Source: Squalus acanthias
Lineage: Eukaryota
NCBI GenBank assembly: GCA_030390025.1
Contig: CM059432.1
Location: 92,010,001-92,074,000 of the forward strand
DNA length: 64,000 nucleotides
Reading direction: 5' to 3'
Shown here: positions 24,591 to 36,582 of the stretch, one piece after another
Numbering within the stretch: position 1 is the first letter of the stretch
How the letters are laid out: each line of letters begins with the position of its first letter
Notes under the pieces: model-generated
Told to the model about the DNA's origin: nothing
What the model saw: the letters and a program-made list of their open reading frames with translations, nothing else
Database searches by the model: none
Made by a program: the position numbers and the translations under genes

Positions 24591-25814
24591 CTCACAAATT
24601 CACACAAGAACAATCAGTATCTGAAAGTAAAAGACAGGTTAACATGTCAGGTGGGGGAAAAAAGGGTGAAGGGTGATGAAGGTTCTCATCCAAAACATCA
24701 ACCTGTCTTTTTCTTTGAGATGTTGTACACTTTCCATAAATTTTAGTTGACATTTCAGTCTTTGCAGTAGCCATAGACCAGTATAGGGGGAAGGACAAAT
24801 TAATGCTGATGGCATAGATGCAGTTATGTAGTGTGCCAAAGCCAGGGACAGAAGTCCTATACTGTTTCAGTTTTATGTTTGATCAGGAAAGACAGAAATA
24901 GTGGAATTGAACACAGAATAAAATCTTTGGTCTCAATACATCAGGAATAAAATTCTTCGAGTGTTGAATTGTTATTTAGAGCTTATCAATATACTTCATA
25001 TTTAGATTTTTTAAACTTTTAATTTTCTAATCTTTTTGTTCATCTCTAGTTAACAATTTTTAATAACTTATAAACTGTAACCATGAAATCTGTATATCCA
25101 TCTTTGTCAAATCTAAAAATTATGTATTAAATCATTACTTATTAAATCCTGTTATTAAATTTGTATTTCCTGAAATCGGGATATAATTCTTTACTCATGA
25201 AATATCAATGTCCTTTTCATACCCCTGATTTATTAAGTAAGTTTGTCAAATTGTGCTCTGCAAGCCAAAAAGGACATTGGCTTATAGAATGACTTAATTT
25301 CTGGTGGATACAAGTTCACTATTTATTTTATCAGTCAATTTGTGCTTCTTTTCCCTATGAACTTCTGAATTGATGGGAGAATTAAGTTCACATCTCTTCA
25401 GTCACATTTGTTTGTAATCACAAATTAACAGAAATCTGCAATTGCAGGCCATTGTATCTCCTTGGAGTAGTTGTTGTTGCATCTGCTGTCCACACATTCA
25501 GAAAGGATCAGTGTGTCCGAGGACAAGGTGTTCGGGGGTGGAATGAGGCTGAGAGAAGATTTGGAAATCTCAAGAAATGGAAAGAGTAAACCGCTGCAGG
25601 AAATCTCTGCAAGTTCCTAATAACATTCACAAAAGGTACTGAGATAAGACAGGCATCCCAGAGTGTCAGCACACTGACCATTCAAGATATCTCATTTGAA
25701 CGGGTTTCTTCAGGCAGATTGGAAATAGACATCCATTGCTTCAGACCCACAGACCGTTTGATGGGACAGTGTAGAGGGAAATTTACTCTCTATCTAACCC
25801 ATACTTCCTCAATC

Positions 25815-26155
25815 TTGTTTTTTCTCCCTTTCACTATCTGCCTCATTTTATCGCTCGCTCTGCCTCACTCATCTCTGTACCTCTGTTTCTTTCTCAATTG
25901 CTCTCTCTCTCTTACCTTTCCTCTCTTCTCTCTCCACTTCGCTGACTTTCTTTTTGCCACTCCTCTGCATCTCCGTCTCTCTTTCTGCTTCACTCAGCCC
26001 CCCTCTCTTCGCCCCCTAGCTCTGCCTGTATTGCCTCTATTTCTTCTCTCTCTCTCTGTGTCTCACTTATTTTGCTGTCTGTTTCCTCTCTCTCTCTCTT
26101 CCCCTCCCCCCCACCCCTCGACCCCCACAGTTTCTCCCTTTTTATCTCTGTCTGT
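25815..26155. repeat. CT-rich low-complexity tract
   Basis: Polypyrimidine and (CT)n runs. Confidence 0.8.
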
Positions 26156-27913
26156 CAAGGTTCCTGATGTAACAGGACTGTCCAAACACAAACACTTTAA
26201 CACTGAGCCCAGCCCGTGCTCTGAACACATTGCATTAGTTGATCACAGCTTCCGCACCCGCAATTTTAAAATGAGCTGCCCAGGATGCGCCAGGCCCCAG
26301 CAGTGGTTTGGAGTCCTGCAAGATTTCGATGTTAATCTAGAGGGAAGCTTGCTTTAGATGCTAACCTCTGCTGCACCTCTGCCTCCAAATCTCATCCAGT
26401 CCCATTCCTGAACTCACTTTATTACATTTCATCGTCCAGTGACATATCCGCCCACTTATATACACATGCCTCAGATGTGCTCCTCTCTGTCAATCTACTG
26501 GGCCTCATTTTTCCTTATTTTTTGACAGCTTGTTTCTGTAATTGAAGAAGTTTGGACATTTTGTAAATTTAGCTGAAATTTTTGAATAATTGGCAAGCGA
26601 TTCCTGCTGACCTGCTGAGTGTATTTCCATATCGGACACAGATGCCTCAGGGCAGCGATGCTAAAAAGATTATTCTACAGACCACCTAACAGCGGAAGGA
26701 AACTGGAGGGAAAATATGTCAGCAAATCTATAAAATGAGTAAAATACATATAATAATCATGGGAGATTTTAACAACAAATAATCTGGCAAGAAGAGGTAG
26801 AAAAAGGGGAAAAGGGAATGGAGCATTTACAGTGTGTTCAGGACTCCTTTCTTACCCAGTACGCAAGAAGCCCAACAAGAAAGGAATCACTGATGGATCT
26901 ACAATGAGAAATGAACCAGAGCAGTTAAGAGAAGTGAGCTTAGGTAAAAAATCTAGGCTATATCGATCACAACATCATAAGCTTTAAGATAATGATTGAG
27001 AAAGACAAAAATAATAGATTGGAAAAAGTTGATTTTGAGTTGATGAAAATGGGACTAGGGAAGATAAACTGGAACAGAATATTGACGGACAGAGATAGAA
27101 CAGAGGGAAATATTTAAAAAGGTGATCAAGAGTGTTCAGGAGGAATATATTCCACTAACAAACAAAAAGAACAAACTACTGTAGTCAATAATGAAACACG
27201 ATGGATAAATAAAGAGATAAGGGCAAAATTGAAACTGAAGAAAAAGGCATACATCAAGTACACTGACAATATAGGAGAGGATGACAAAAGGGAATAGGAA
27301 GAGGTTAGCAAAGAAGTAAAAAAAAACAATTAGGAAGGCAAAGAGGAGCCACAAAATTAAATTTATCAAGGAATATAAAAAGAAATAGTAAAGTATTCCA
27401 CAGATACATAAAACAAAAAGGGATAGGACCACTAAAGGATGCACAAGATAAACTCACAGGTAATGACAGCGAAATGGCAGAAATAGTGGAGAATTACTTT
27501 GCCACAGTTTTTAACCAGGTAGACTACCAAGGTGGATATTACATTGCAAGAGGAGATAAAAAAGATAAAGATATTTAAAATTGAAAGGGGAAAATAATTG
27601 ATAAACTAGTAAAAGTTAGAGCGGATTAAATGGCAGGTCTGGATGCATTAATTCACACATACTAAAAGAAGCAAGGGAAGAGGTAGCAGAGGCAATAATA
27701 TATTTACTCGAATAGTTAGTACAATTTCAAAATTTGCAGATGACCCCAGATTTGGTGTAGAGTTAATACTGAGAAGAACTGTGACACAATACAAGATGTT
27801 AATAAACTTGTATGATGGGCGTGTAAATGGAAAATTAATTTCAATATAGATAGGTGTGAGGCGGTGCATTTTAGTAGGAGGAATAAGGAGGTCACATACT
27901 CCTTGGAAAGTTA

Positions 27914-29623
27914 GGCCGCAAATTTAATAGCGCTCAGGGGGTGGGTTTGGAGGCAGGTCTGCTGTCAAAATAGCAAAGATTTCCACACGAGTCTCCCAGG
28001 TGTCGGGTCTGTCAGCGGAGAACTGACCCGACACCAAGCGGCGGGGGATACAATTCAGCTAGTTAAATGGCTTGTTAAGAACCAATTTAAGACTATTTTG
28101 AGGCTTACTTCTAATTTTACGTTCTCCCCCATGGGTTACCCACTGTTCGGGGAACATGCCAGCTCAGCCTGGCGTGATTAGAGTCTGCTCTGATGTTTCT
28201 GATAAGCTGACAGCTGCAGAAGTGGTGTAAAGGATGCCATGTTGCAGATGGTGAGTTTCCGAGTGCAGAAAATGTTGGTTACTGCATTTTTAATACATAT
28301 AGAGATTTCTTTAGCTTGCAAGTTTTTAGATCCAACTGTATGTTCAGTGACACCTCATTGGGAGAACCTCTCTCACCATTGACAGATCGCTTCTGTCATC
28401 TCATCTGCAGCTGCCATCTATTGCAGCAACATCGGAGCCATTGAAGCAATCAGACCTTGGTCCTCCGAATCCTTCCACGATCAGCCCCAACATCACCAGG
28501 CACACCAACATCATCACCAACTTTCTCCGCCATCCGCTGCACTGGACACAGGGCATCAGCCCCCGACAACATTGCTGCCCGGGAGGCCAGCGATGGCATC
28601 ACCATGGCCAGATTTACTTCAATTGACGCTGTACACCCTGGCTGCCATATGATGCGCAAGGTTAACACCATCCCACACCAGCACCATGAAGCATCCCTTT
28701 AATGTCCAAGCCATTCCATTCACACTCATCACTATAGCGGAGTGGGGGTCGGGGAAGTTATGTCTGAACAATCACTGGAACTCAGTAAGACACTTCTCAA
28801 TGCGTGCTCAGATCTGTCAAATAAGGGGCACTTTTGGAAAAATAGATTTCACTGTATGACAGCACATTACCAGAAACTTCACATGGACATTGGCTAAACC
28901 TTTCAAGTGCCTACCCTTGTGTGTTGTTAGTTGGTATGCTTGCAGTAGGACGAGGGTGAGTGTGAGGGGTGGCTAGTGAGATGGGGATGGGTGGAGGTGC
29001 AAGGTAAGTTAGTATGAGTAAGGATGTGCAGGAATAGGGTATGGAAGGCAGAGTGATGGGGATGTGTTGAGTGGCACAGCATGATGAGTTTGAGTGTGGC
29101 TTTGCAGTAACATTTCATGATCCACTGAGATCATTGAAAGGCTGGTGCCACTGCAGCCAGGGACCCCTGACGACATCCCTGCTTTTGCCCTCCTGTGCAA
29201 CCAGGCTGCATTGGTGTCCTGGGGAGGTCTCTTCCGCCCTTGGAAGGGAAGAGAACCTCCCTGCATGCACGACTCCCTCCATAAGCATATGGAGGGAGTC
29301 ATTGGAGAGCCTGGGTGCAAGTGTTCACCTTTGTGCAGTGCTTGTCAGTGTTTGCAGCACCTCAATGCTGTCAAACACTGACAGAACAACTGTCAAACTC
29401 CATGTGGACGTGGTCCCTTTAAGGAAAGCGGCTGATGATGCGTCATCAAATGACATCATCAGACCCGCTTCCTGTTAATTGGCCAGGAACCGCGCAGGGC
29501 GGGCTTAACAAGGCCAATCAAGGAAAAATCACATCTACAGAGCGGCTTCAGCGGAGAGCGGGACCGGAACCAAGAAACCAGCTCTCACGCCACCATCTCG
29601 CCTCCTCCATTAAATTTGCGGCC
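27914..29623. mobile_element. Non-autonomous Harbinger element (1.7 kb) with perfect 15-bp TIRs and a Myb exon-1 remnant
   Basis: GGCCGCAAATTTAAT ... ATTAAATTTGCGGCC, flanks TTA/TAA; minus strand ~29110-29330 resembles APRFS...FNDL. Confidence 0.85.
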
Positions 29624-29785
29624 TAAGTGTCTAAATGGGGTAGGGTAGCAAAGGGATTTAGGGGGACAGATGCACAAGTCATTAAAAACAGGTTAACAAG
29701 GCTATGAAAATGCAAACAAAGCACTGGGGTTCAAAAGAAAATTGCAAAGCAGAGAAGTTATGTTAAATGTATATAGAACCTTGGT

Positions 29786-30512
29786 TATTTTATTTATTTA
29801 TTTTTTATTTGTTTATGGGATGTGGGAGTCACTGGCAAGGCCAGCATTTATTGCCCATCCCTAATTGCCCTTGAGAAGGTGGTGGTGAGCTGCCTTCTTA
29901 AACCGCTGCAGTCCGTGCGGTGAAGGTACTCTCAGTGCTTTTAGGGAGGGAGTTCCAGGATTTTGACCCAGCAACGATGAAGGATCGGCGATATACTTCC
30001 AAGTCAGGACGGTGTGTGACTTGGAGGGGAACTTGGAGGTGGTGTTCCCATGCGCCTGCTGCCCTTGCCCTTCTAGGTGGACGAGGTCGCGGGTTTGAGA
30101 GGTGCTGCTGAAGAAGCCTTGGCGAGTTGCTGCAGTGCATCTTGTAGATGGTACACACTGCAGCCACGGTACGCTGGTGGTGGAGGGAGTGAATGTTTAA
30201 GGTGGTGGATGGGGTGCCAATCAAGCGGGCTGCTTTGTCCTGGATGGTGTCGAGCTTCTTGAGCGTTGTTGGAGCTGCACTCATCCAGGCAAGTGGAGAG
30301 TATTCCATCACACTCCTGACTTGTGCCTTGTAGATGGTGGAAAGGCTTTGGGGAAGTCAGGTGAGACACTTGCCACAGAATACTTAGCCTCTGACCTGCT
30401 TATATGGGTGGTCCAGTTAAGTTAATGGTGACACCCAGGATGTTGTTGGTGGGGGATGCGGCGATGGTAATGTCGTTAAATGTCAAGGGGCGGTGGTTAG
30501 ACTCTCGCTTGT
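29786..30512 (-). mobile_element. Family-B LINE 3' fragment
   Basis: MEYSPLAWMSAAPTTLKKLDTIQDKAARLI; 3' UTR GGGCAATAAATGCTGGCC with an A-rich tail. Confidence 0.85.
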
Positions 30513-31352
30513 TGTACCACGCTTGGAGTACTCTGCACATTTCTGGTCTCCATATTATGAAAAGGATAGAGTCACTGGAGAAGGTGCAAAATAGATTGAC
30601 AATAATGATACCAGAAGTGAGAGGTTATAAGTATCCAAATTGACTGAATATGCTGGGGCTCTTTTCTCTAGAAAAAGAGAAGGCTGCGGGATGATCTAAG
30701 ATGTTTAAAATTGTGAAGCAGTTTGATAAGATAGCTGTAGAGCAAATGTTACCACTTGTGGGGAGTCCAAGACTAGGAGTCATAAATATAAGATACTCAC
30801 CAATAAATCCAATATGGATTTCAGGAGAAACCTCTTTCGCCAGAGAGGGGTTAGAATGTAGAGCTTGCTAGCACATGGACTAGTTAAAGTGAATAGCAGA
30901 GTGCCTTTAAGGGGAAGCCAGATAAGCACATGAGGGAGAAAGGAATAAAAGGGTACGATAGTAGGGTGAGGTGAAGCAAGGTGGGTGGATGCTCGTGTGG
31001 AGCATAAACACCGGCATGGACCTGTTGGGCCGAATGGCCCGTTTCTGTGCTGTAAATACTATGTAATTAATTTTACACCCTAATTTTCCTTTCCATTGAA
31101 TTTGGCAGGAAGAGTTAAAATTGACCCCGGAATTTACCTCCCTCCCAATCATGGTAAACCAACGACTCGTAGCTTTACTGCTCCGCACAAGTAATAAGGC
31201 TTTTCTAAGGAAACTTGAGCAAGTAAACAGCTGAGTTACATGAGCAAATGGAAGACTGGCACCAGCACAAATCCACCAACGGGAAGAGAATCCAGCCCTT
31301 AATCTTCCGATTGCTTGACTAGTTCAAAATAAATAGTTTTACATGAAAAAGT

Positions 31353-31732
31353 CTACAGGATAAGTATACCAATTAGAGAATTAACTTTAAAGTCTAATAC
31401 AAAACTGCCCTCATTTTCATGGAGTAATCGCCATGGTTGTTGTGGTGGTTTACTCAAAGCTGATGGATAATGTTCTTCTACACAGTTATAATCTAAGGAC
31501 CTTCTCAAGGTCTTAGGTTTTCTACTTAGCATGCTAAGACCATTGGAGCTCCAGGAGAATTTGCCTCTCAATTTGCTATCCAGAGACTGCAGTATAAATT
31601 TTCTGCTTTGAGATTCATGATTCATATTTTCTATTGGATGGAAAAAGTCACTACTGTAGGCGAACAATTTTCTGACGAGCAGTCCTGGTGGGCATGGTTA
31701 GCCATTGGGATCACCAAAGTGGTAAGTTTACT
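31353..31732 (-). other. Candidate host exon with an open frame of about 110 codons (unidentified)
   Basis: Acceptor CTTCTATTCTACAG ending at 31733; frame open ~31696-31353 (MNHESQSRKFILQSLDSKLRGKFSWSS...); non-repetitive context; donor uncertain. Confidence 0.3.
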
Positions 31733-32706
31733 CTGTAGAATAGAAGTTTGGTTATTGTACTGTATTCATGCCTTGTAGATCTTTGTTTTTGCATAAGTTT
31801 ATCTTTAAATAAATCTGAACAAGTAGTCTTAGCAGTGTGTTATTATTTGTCTAAGGTGACAGGAAAATATTGTGGGCATCTTATTGTCCAGAAAATTATT
31901 TACTATAAATCGAGGTTAACAGTTGGACTCTTACTCATTATGAGAAAAGTGTTCAGAAAAAGCCTGCACTGTAATTCAAATCAACTGTGTATAAATATTA
32001 TGCACAACAGGTTGGATCTGACAGACAAGGGCATAATGGTCTGTCTTTATCATTGAAGAAAATGAAGACTTAGAAGTGAATTTATTTTTGCTACCCTTGT
32101 TTTGGTGAATTTTTCACCCTGTCTAGGTTGTGCACCATTCCCAGTCAAGAGGAAACTAGCCTGTTAGCTGAATTTGTGACTGATCCAAATTTTGTAAGCG
32201 ATATTCTAAAAAGAAAATTACCATATTTATCCACCCTCCACCTCAGTTTACTAATTTAACCCGACATTTTCTCATTTCATCTGAATTTTCAACTCCGCTG
32301 CAGGCAGCTGCAGCACTGGTGGTTTTCCCCATAATGTAACAGTTTTTAAGAGAAGAACCCGAATAATTCAAAGACCTCACAGTGGTAAGTGCACACTAGC
32401 TTCAAGGCAATCCTTGCTGGAGCTCTGCAGGTGCCCTTTAAGCCGTTTCAAACTCATCCCCAAATGCAGCGGTTTCTTTACTTCTTGTTTGTATTGAACA
32501 CATCCCCAGCTTACAAATTCCAGCAGTATGTTTCAGAAGATTTCATAAACTGCTTTAATCAGCATTTAGTTAATCAGTAAAAACTTTACTTACAGGTGAG
32601 GCATTGATGAGATATAAAACAGTTGAAGATATGTTGAGTAACAAGATCTGTGTATTATACATATGATTGTGAGAGATACATACATATGTGAGAGATAGAG
32701 AGCGCC

Positions 32707-32739
32707 AGAGAGAGAGAGAGAGACACACACACACACACA
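32707..32739. repeat. Compound (GA)n(CA)n microsatellite
   Basis: Seen directly in the sequence. Confidence 0.9.
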
Positions 32740-32741
32740 AA

Positions 32742-33816
32742 TAGCTGGAAACATCCAAAATATCCTGTAACTCCCAACATAACCCACTCAAGAGTATCTA
32801 GATAGTGTTCTCAGAAGCAGCTCAAGCAGAGATCATCAGTGCAGAACCCTTCAGACACAGCAGGCTCTGGCTATATATGCACACTGGACTCTGATGGTGC
32901 TGTTTATGGGATCAAGCCAAATACATTATAAAAGGAATGGTTTCTTAGACTGGAAGCCAAAATGCAACTTAGATCAATGTTGCCAGTGATAGTGAAGGGC
33001 TCATGTGTATGTTACATCTCTATATATGTGTGCATGAATACAAGAAAGTATATATATTAAAATAAAACCAGAGAACTGTAGATATGGTCAGTGGGTCAAT
33101 CAAGATCTGAAAGCAAAATATAGGATAATTTTTTATCCTGCATTCATTTTTGTAGCACAGGCTATGGTATGGACTGATTTATGACGGGAGCTAGATTCCT
33201 TAGACGGTACCACATCTTCTGTATAAGCCAAGAGACAAAGCGCTACCACTAGAGGGCAGTGCAAAACAAAATACTGCTGCTCATTATGCAGCATTACTGG
33301 CAAGAAAAAGTTAGCCTGGGTAACTATCTCTACAATGTAGGTTAAACAGATGAACATTTGGAAATGAAGCACATTATAAACCACAATCCAACTATTGAAC
33401 ATATAGCTGTGGGCAAGTGCACAAATAGATACTGTCTTTTGTGCAGTGGAGTTACTGGTTTTTGTCCACAAGACATGTATAGTTGCAATCTCCATGTAGC
33501 TATTGATTTCTGACTAACCAATTAATTGCACCTATTGGTTATTTGATAGTTACTAATTTGTTGAACGGACTGTGCAAATTTTGCAGGATTGTACAAATTG
33601 TGTGATGTTAATGCAGGATTCATGATTAAACTGTACGAAGAGCAAAGCCTGGCTGCTGAAAGATAATTCTGTGTCGTTCAGTCCCAGCACCTGTTATGTC
33701 TGAAGGTTTCTGCACTGATGCTCTCTTCCCGAGCTTATTCTCACGAAAACACTATCTAGACACAGCCGAATGGGTTATATTGCGAGTGCCAGGAGACTTT
33801 TGGATGTTTTCAGCAA
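32742..33816. repeat. Diverged ~125-bp inverted repeat (arms 32742-32864 and 33690-33816)
   Basis: Shared blocks TGTCTGAAGG.TTCTGCACTGATG, AACACTATCTAGA, TGGGTTAT and TTTTGGATGTTT.CAGC; roughly 78-80% identity by hand alignment. Confidence 0.85.
33243..33261 (+). promoter_or_regulatory. CTCF-like motif
   Basis: CTACCACTAGAGGGCAGTG matches the CTCF core CCAC(Y)AG(R)GGGC(R). Confidence 0.55.
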
Positions 33817-36072
33817 TGAGAATGCCAGCTGAATAAACCTGTCTTGGATTGTCAGAGATTCTAGAACAAAGAGAATTTAGATTTGCAAGAAATCCAGCAG
33901 CAACACCTTTTGGTAAGGAGTGTAGCAAAATAAAGCTGTGGGATAACATTTGACAGTTTAGTCTTAAGACCTGAAATTGAGAGACTCCACTCCTGCTGCA
34001 GAATCTCAGAATTTTAGTGCATAGCTTGGTCAATTTGAAGGGGCAGTATTGAATATAGCAGCATTCCTAAGTAAGGTGGGGCATCCTTTGTGCATACTTT
34101 TCCCCCTCTCCTCCTTATGCCCAGGCCATTGCCAACAAAACACACCAATCTTGAATTGTATAATAACGTATTAATATACACGCCTATGGCAATATTGTAC
34201 AAATATGCCGCATTCCTACAAATAGCAAGTAAGCACATTTACAATTGCACCAATATGTAAAAAAAGTGCTCTTACAGGGAAAAAAATAAAATTAAAATTT
34301 TTGGATTTGACCAATAGTCTGGCTAAATATTTTCTCAGCAACAGTCACAAGACAACATGACAATTGCAGAGTGAGCACGCTGAGCTCTGAAATGCAGTCA
34401 GCAAACCTGTGGCTTAATGCACAGAAACCACAGCAGGCAGGGCAAGTGGTTCAATCAGTGTTTCAATCTATGCTGCTTCCTAAAACATTCCTCAAGTGCA
34501 TGATTTGTGTCAGCTACTGAAAGGCACTGAAACTACTTGATGGAGCTTTTATTCAGAGAACACATTTGTGTTTGGAGGCCATGGTTTTAGAGACATGTGC
34601 ATAGAATCAGAAGTGCAATTTCAATTCAGAGTGGCTTAATTAAAAAGGCTGCATTTCCCAGAGCTTTATTTCCAGTCACATTGGGATGCTAAATGGCATA
34701 TTGCCACATCAAGCACATGACAAAACCTGGCAGTTTCAGATATTAAAATCAATAAATAGCAAGATCATTTACCTAAGGAATGTTTAGCTGCTACCTGGCA
34801 CCAATACCTAATTTGTAGGCAATGTGGTATCGGCATATATATTTTTTCCAAGCAACAAAACATTGAGAATAATTATTTCTGGCTCTTTAGTGCCTTTGGA
34901 GAGCAGAAACACGGTTTGCTAAAATGCTTCATGTAAGCAAAGTCTGTTTCAGCCATATACATATGTCCAGAATGGAAAGTAAAGTGGCAAGTCATACATT
35001 CAGCAAGAACATCAGTAACTGCCAAGACACAAAACTGCATTGTAATCAAAGCAATCAATTAATCTCTATGAAACAAAAGGACCATAAAGCAAGTGTTCTA
35101 ATTAACTAACATCCTGGTCGTACCCTTGAAATTAATGTTTTCTATAGATTGATCTTCTGATGCTTAGTATACCACAATTGGAGCAAGAACGTAAAAGAAA
35201 TTTCACAAATAATATTGTGCTTTGTATTTATTGGATGCATAGATTTTGTATCTTTGAGGGCATGACATCTATCTAGTTTTTCCCTTCCCCCTTTTTTACT
35301 CCGATTCCTGTGGCTAAGGGTAAGCAGGCAACCGACTCTCATACCTCTGCTAATGACACTCTTCAGGCAGCTACTAGATGGAGTGTCCTAGCAACAGATC
35401 TATCTCCAGTTTCCCCCCCTGCCCGTGTGGGGGAGGGATTAGTGATTGAGACCAGGTGCCTGCTCGTAGCAATGCTACTGATGTTTTGAACTCAGTAGAG
35501 TGGATGGGGATTGAAGCTGCATCGCATCACTGATGTTGCTGCATGTTTCTTCTCCGATCACCCGGATACCAATTTGCTATCAATGATCATAAGCTGTATA
35601 ATATGTTACCAATGATTTGTTCAGTCCTATAGAGGGGCTTGTTTATCCCTCAGTTCCCAGGTCTAATGAAGGCTGTACACATAAAATGTTAAGAACTTGC
35701 AATTGTATAATGTAGAAAATATCCCAGGATGCTTCATTAATTTGGCAATGAGAATGCGTATGAGAATATTAAATTCAATTCACGGGGGTGGGGGGCAGGC
35801 AAATAAACCAGTGGAGATGGGGTGATGGTGGAGCACGACTTAAATGCAGGGCAGGATATAGGCTGTTGAGTTTTGTACGAGTTAGAGTTTATGGAGGTGG
35901 AGGACAGGAAACTGACAAGGAGGATATTGGAGAAAGCAAGTCTGGATGCAAAAAAGGCAGGTGATGGTGATGACTAGGCAGTGACGTTTTAAGACTAGCT
36001 TGGGGTCAAACAGGACACCAATGTTTCACATGGTGGTCTGGTTCAGCTAAATTAAGTGGCTGGGGAAGGGAG

Positions 36073-36553
36073 TTTTTTTTTTAATTCACAGGATGTGGGT
36101 GTCACTGGCAAGGCCAGCATTTATTGCCCAACCCCAATTGCCCTCGAGAAGTGGCCGTGAGCTACCTTCTTGAACCGCTGCAGTCCTTGTGAAGGTACTC
36201 CCACAGTAACTGTTACGCCAGGTGACTTCAAAGGTTTGGTACAACTGAGTGGCTTGCTAGGCCATTTCAGAGGGCAGTTAAGAGTCAACCACATTGCTGT
36301 GGGTCTGGAGTCACATGATGGCAGATTTCCTTCCCTAAAGGCCATTAGTGAACCAGATAGGTTTTTACAGCAATCTAGTAGTTTCATGGTCACCATTACT
36401 GATACTAGCTTTTTAAAAATATTCCAGATTTATTTAATTAACTGAATTTAAATTCCCCAGCTGCTGTGGTGAGATATGAACTCACATCTCAGATCATTAG
36501 TCCAGGCCTCTGGATTACCAATCCAGTAACATAACCACTACGCTACTGTTCCC
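36073..36553 (-). mobile_element. tRNA-derived SINE with a family-B LINE 3' tail
   Basis: A box TAGCGTAGTGG, B-box-like GAGTTCATATCTC, core GTAAAAACCTATCTGGTTCACTAATG; last ~130 bp match the family-B 3' end; poly(A). Confidence 0.8.
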
Positions 36554-36582
36554 AGTAAAGTATGGTGGAAGCATAAAACAAT

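Larger units (their letters stand above)
26660..31065 (+). mobile_element. Heavily decayed CR1 (family C-like) with an internal deletion; hosts a MITE and a family-B LINE
   Basis: IIMGDFN, DHNII, ISKFADD, C-terminal remnants and a 3' UTR ending TGTGCTGTAAATACTATGTAA. Confidence 0.78.

Noticed and set aside
25719..26357. 212-aa hydrophobic ORF
   Set aside because: Product of a stop-poor CT-rich low-complexity tract.
32808..32842. C/D box snoRNA (TGATGA...CTGA on the minus strand)
   Set aside because: Boxes are only ~20 nt apart and neither is kept in the paralogous arm.
33457..33465. RAG recombination signal nonamer GGTTTTTGT
   Set aside because: No CACTGTG heptamer at 12 or 23 bp and no V/D/J segments.
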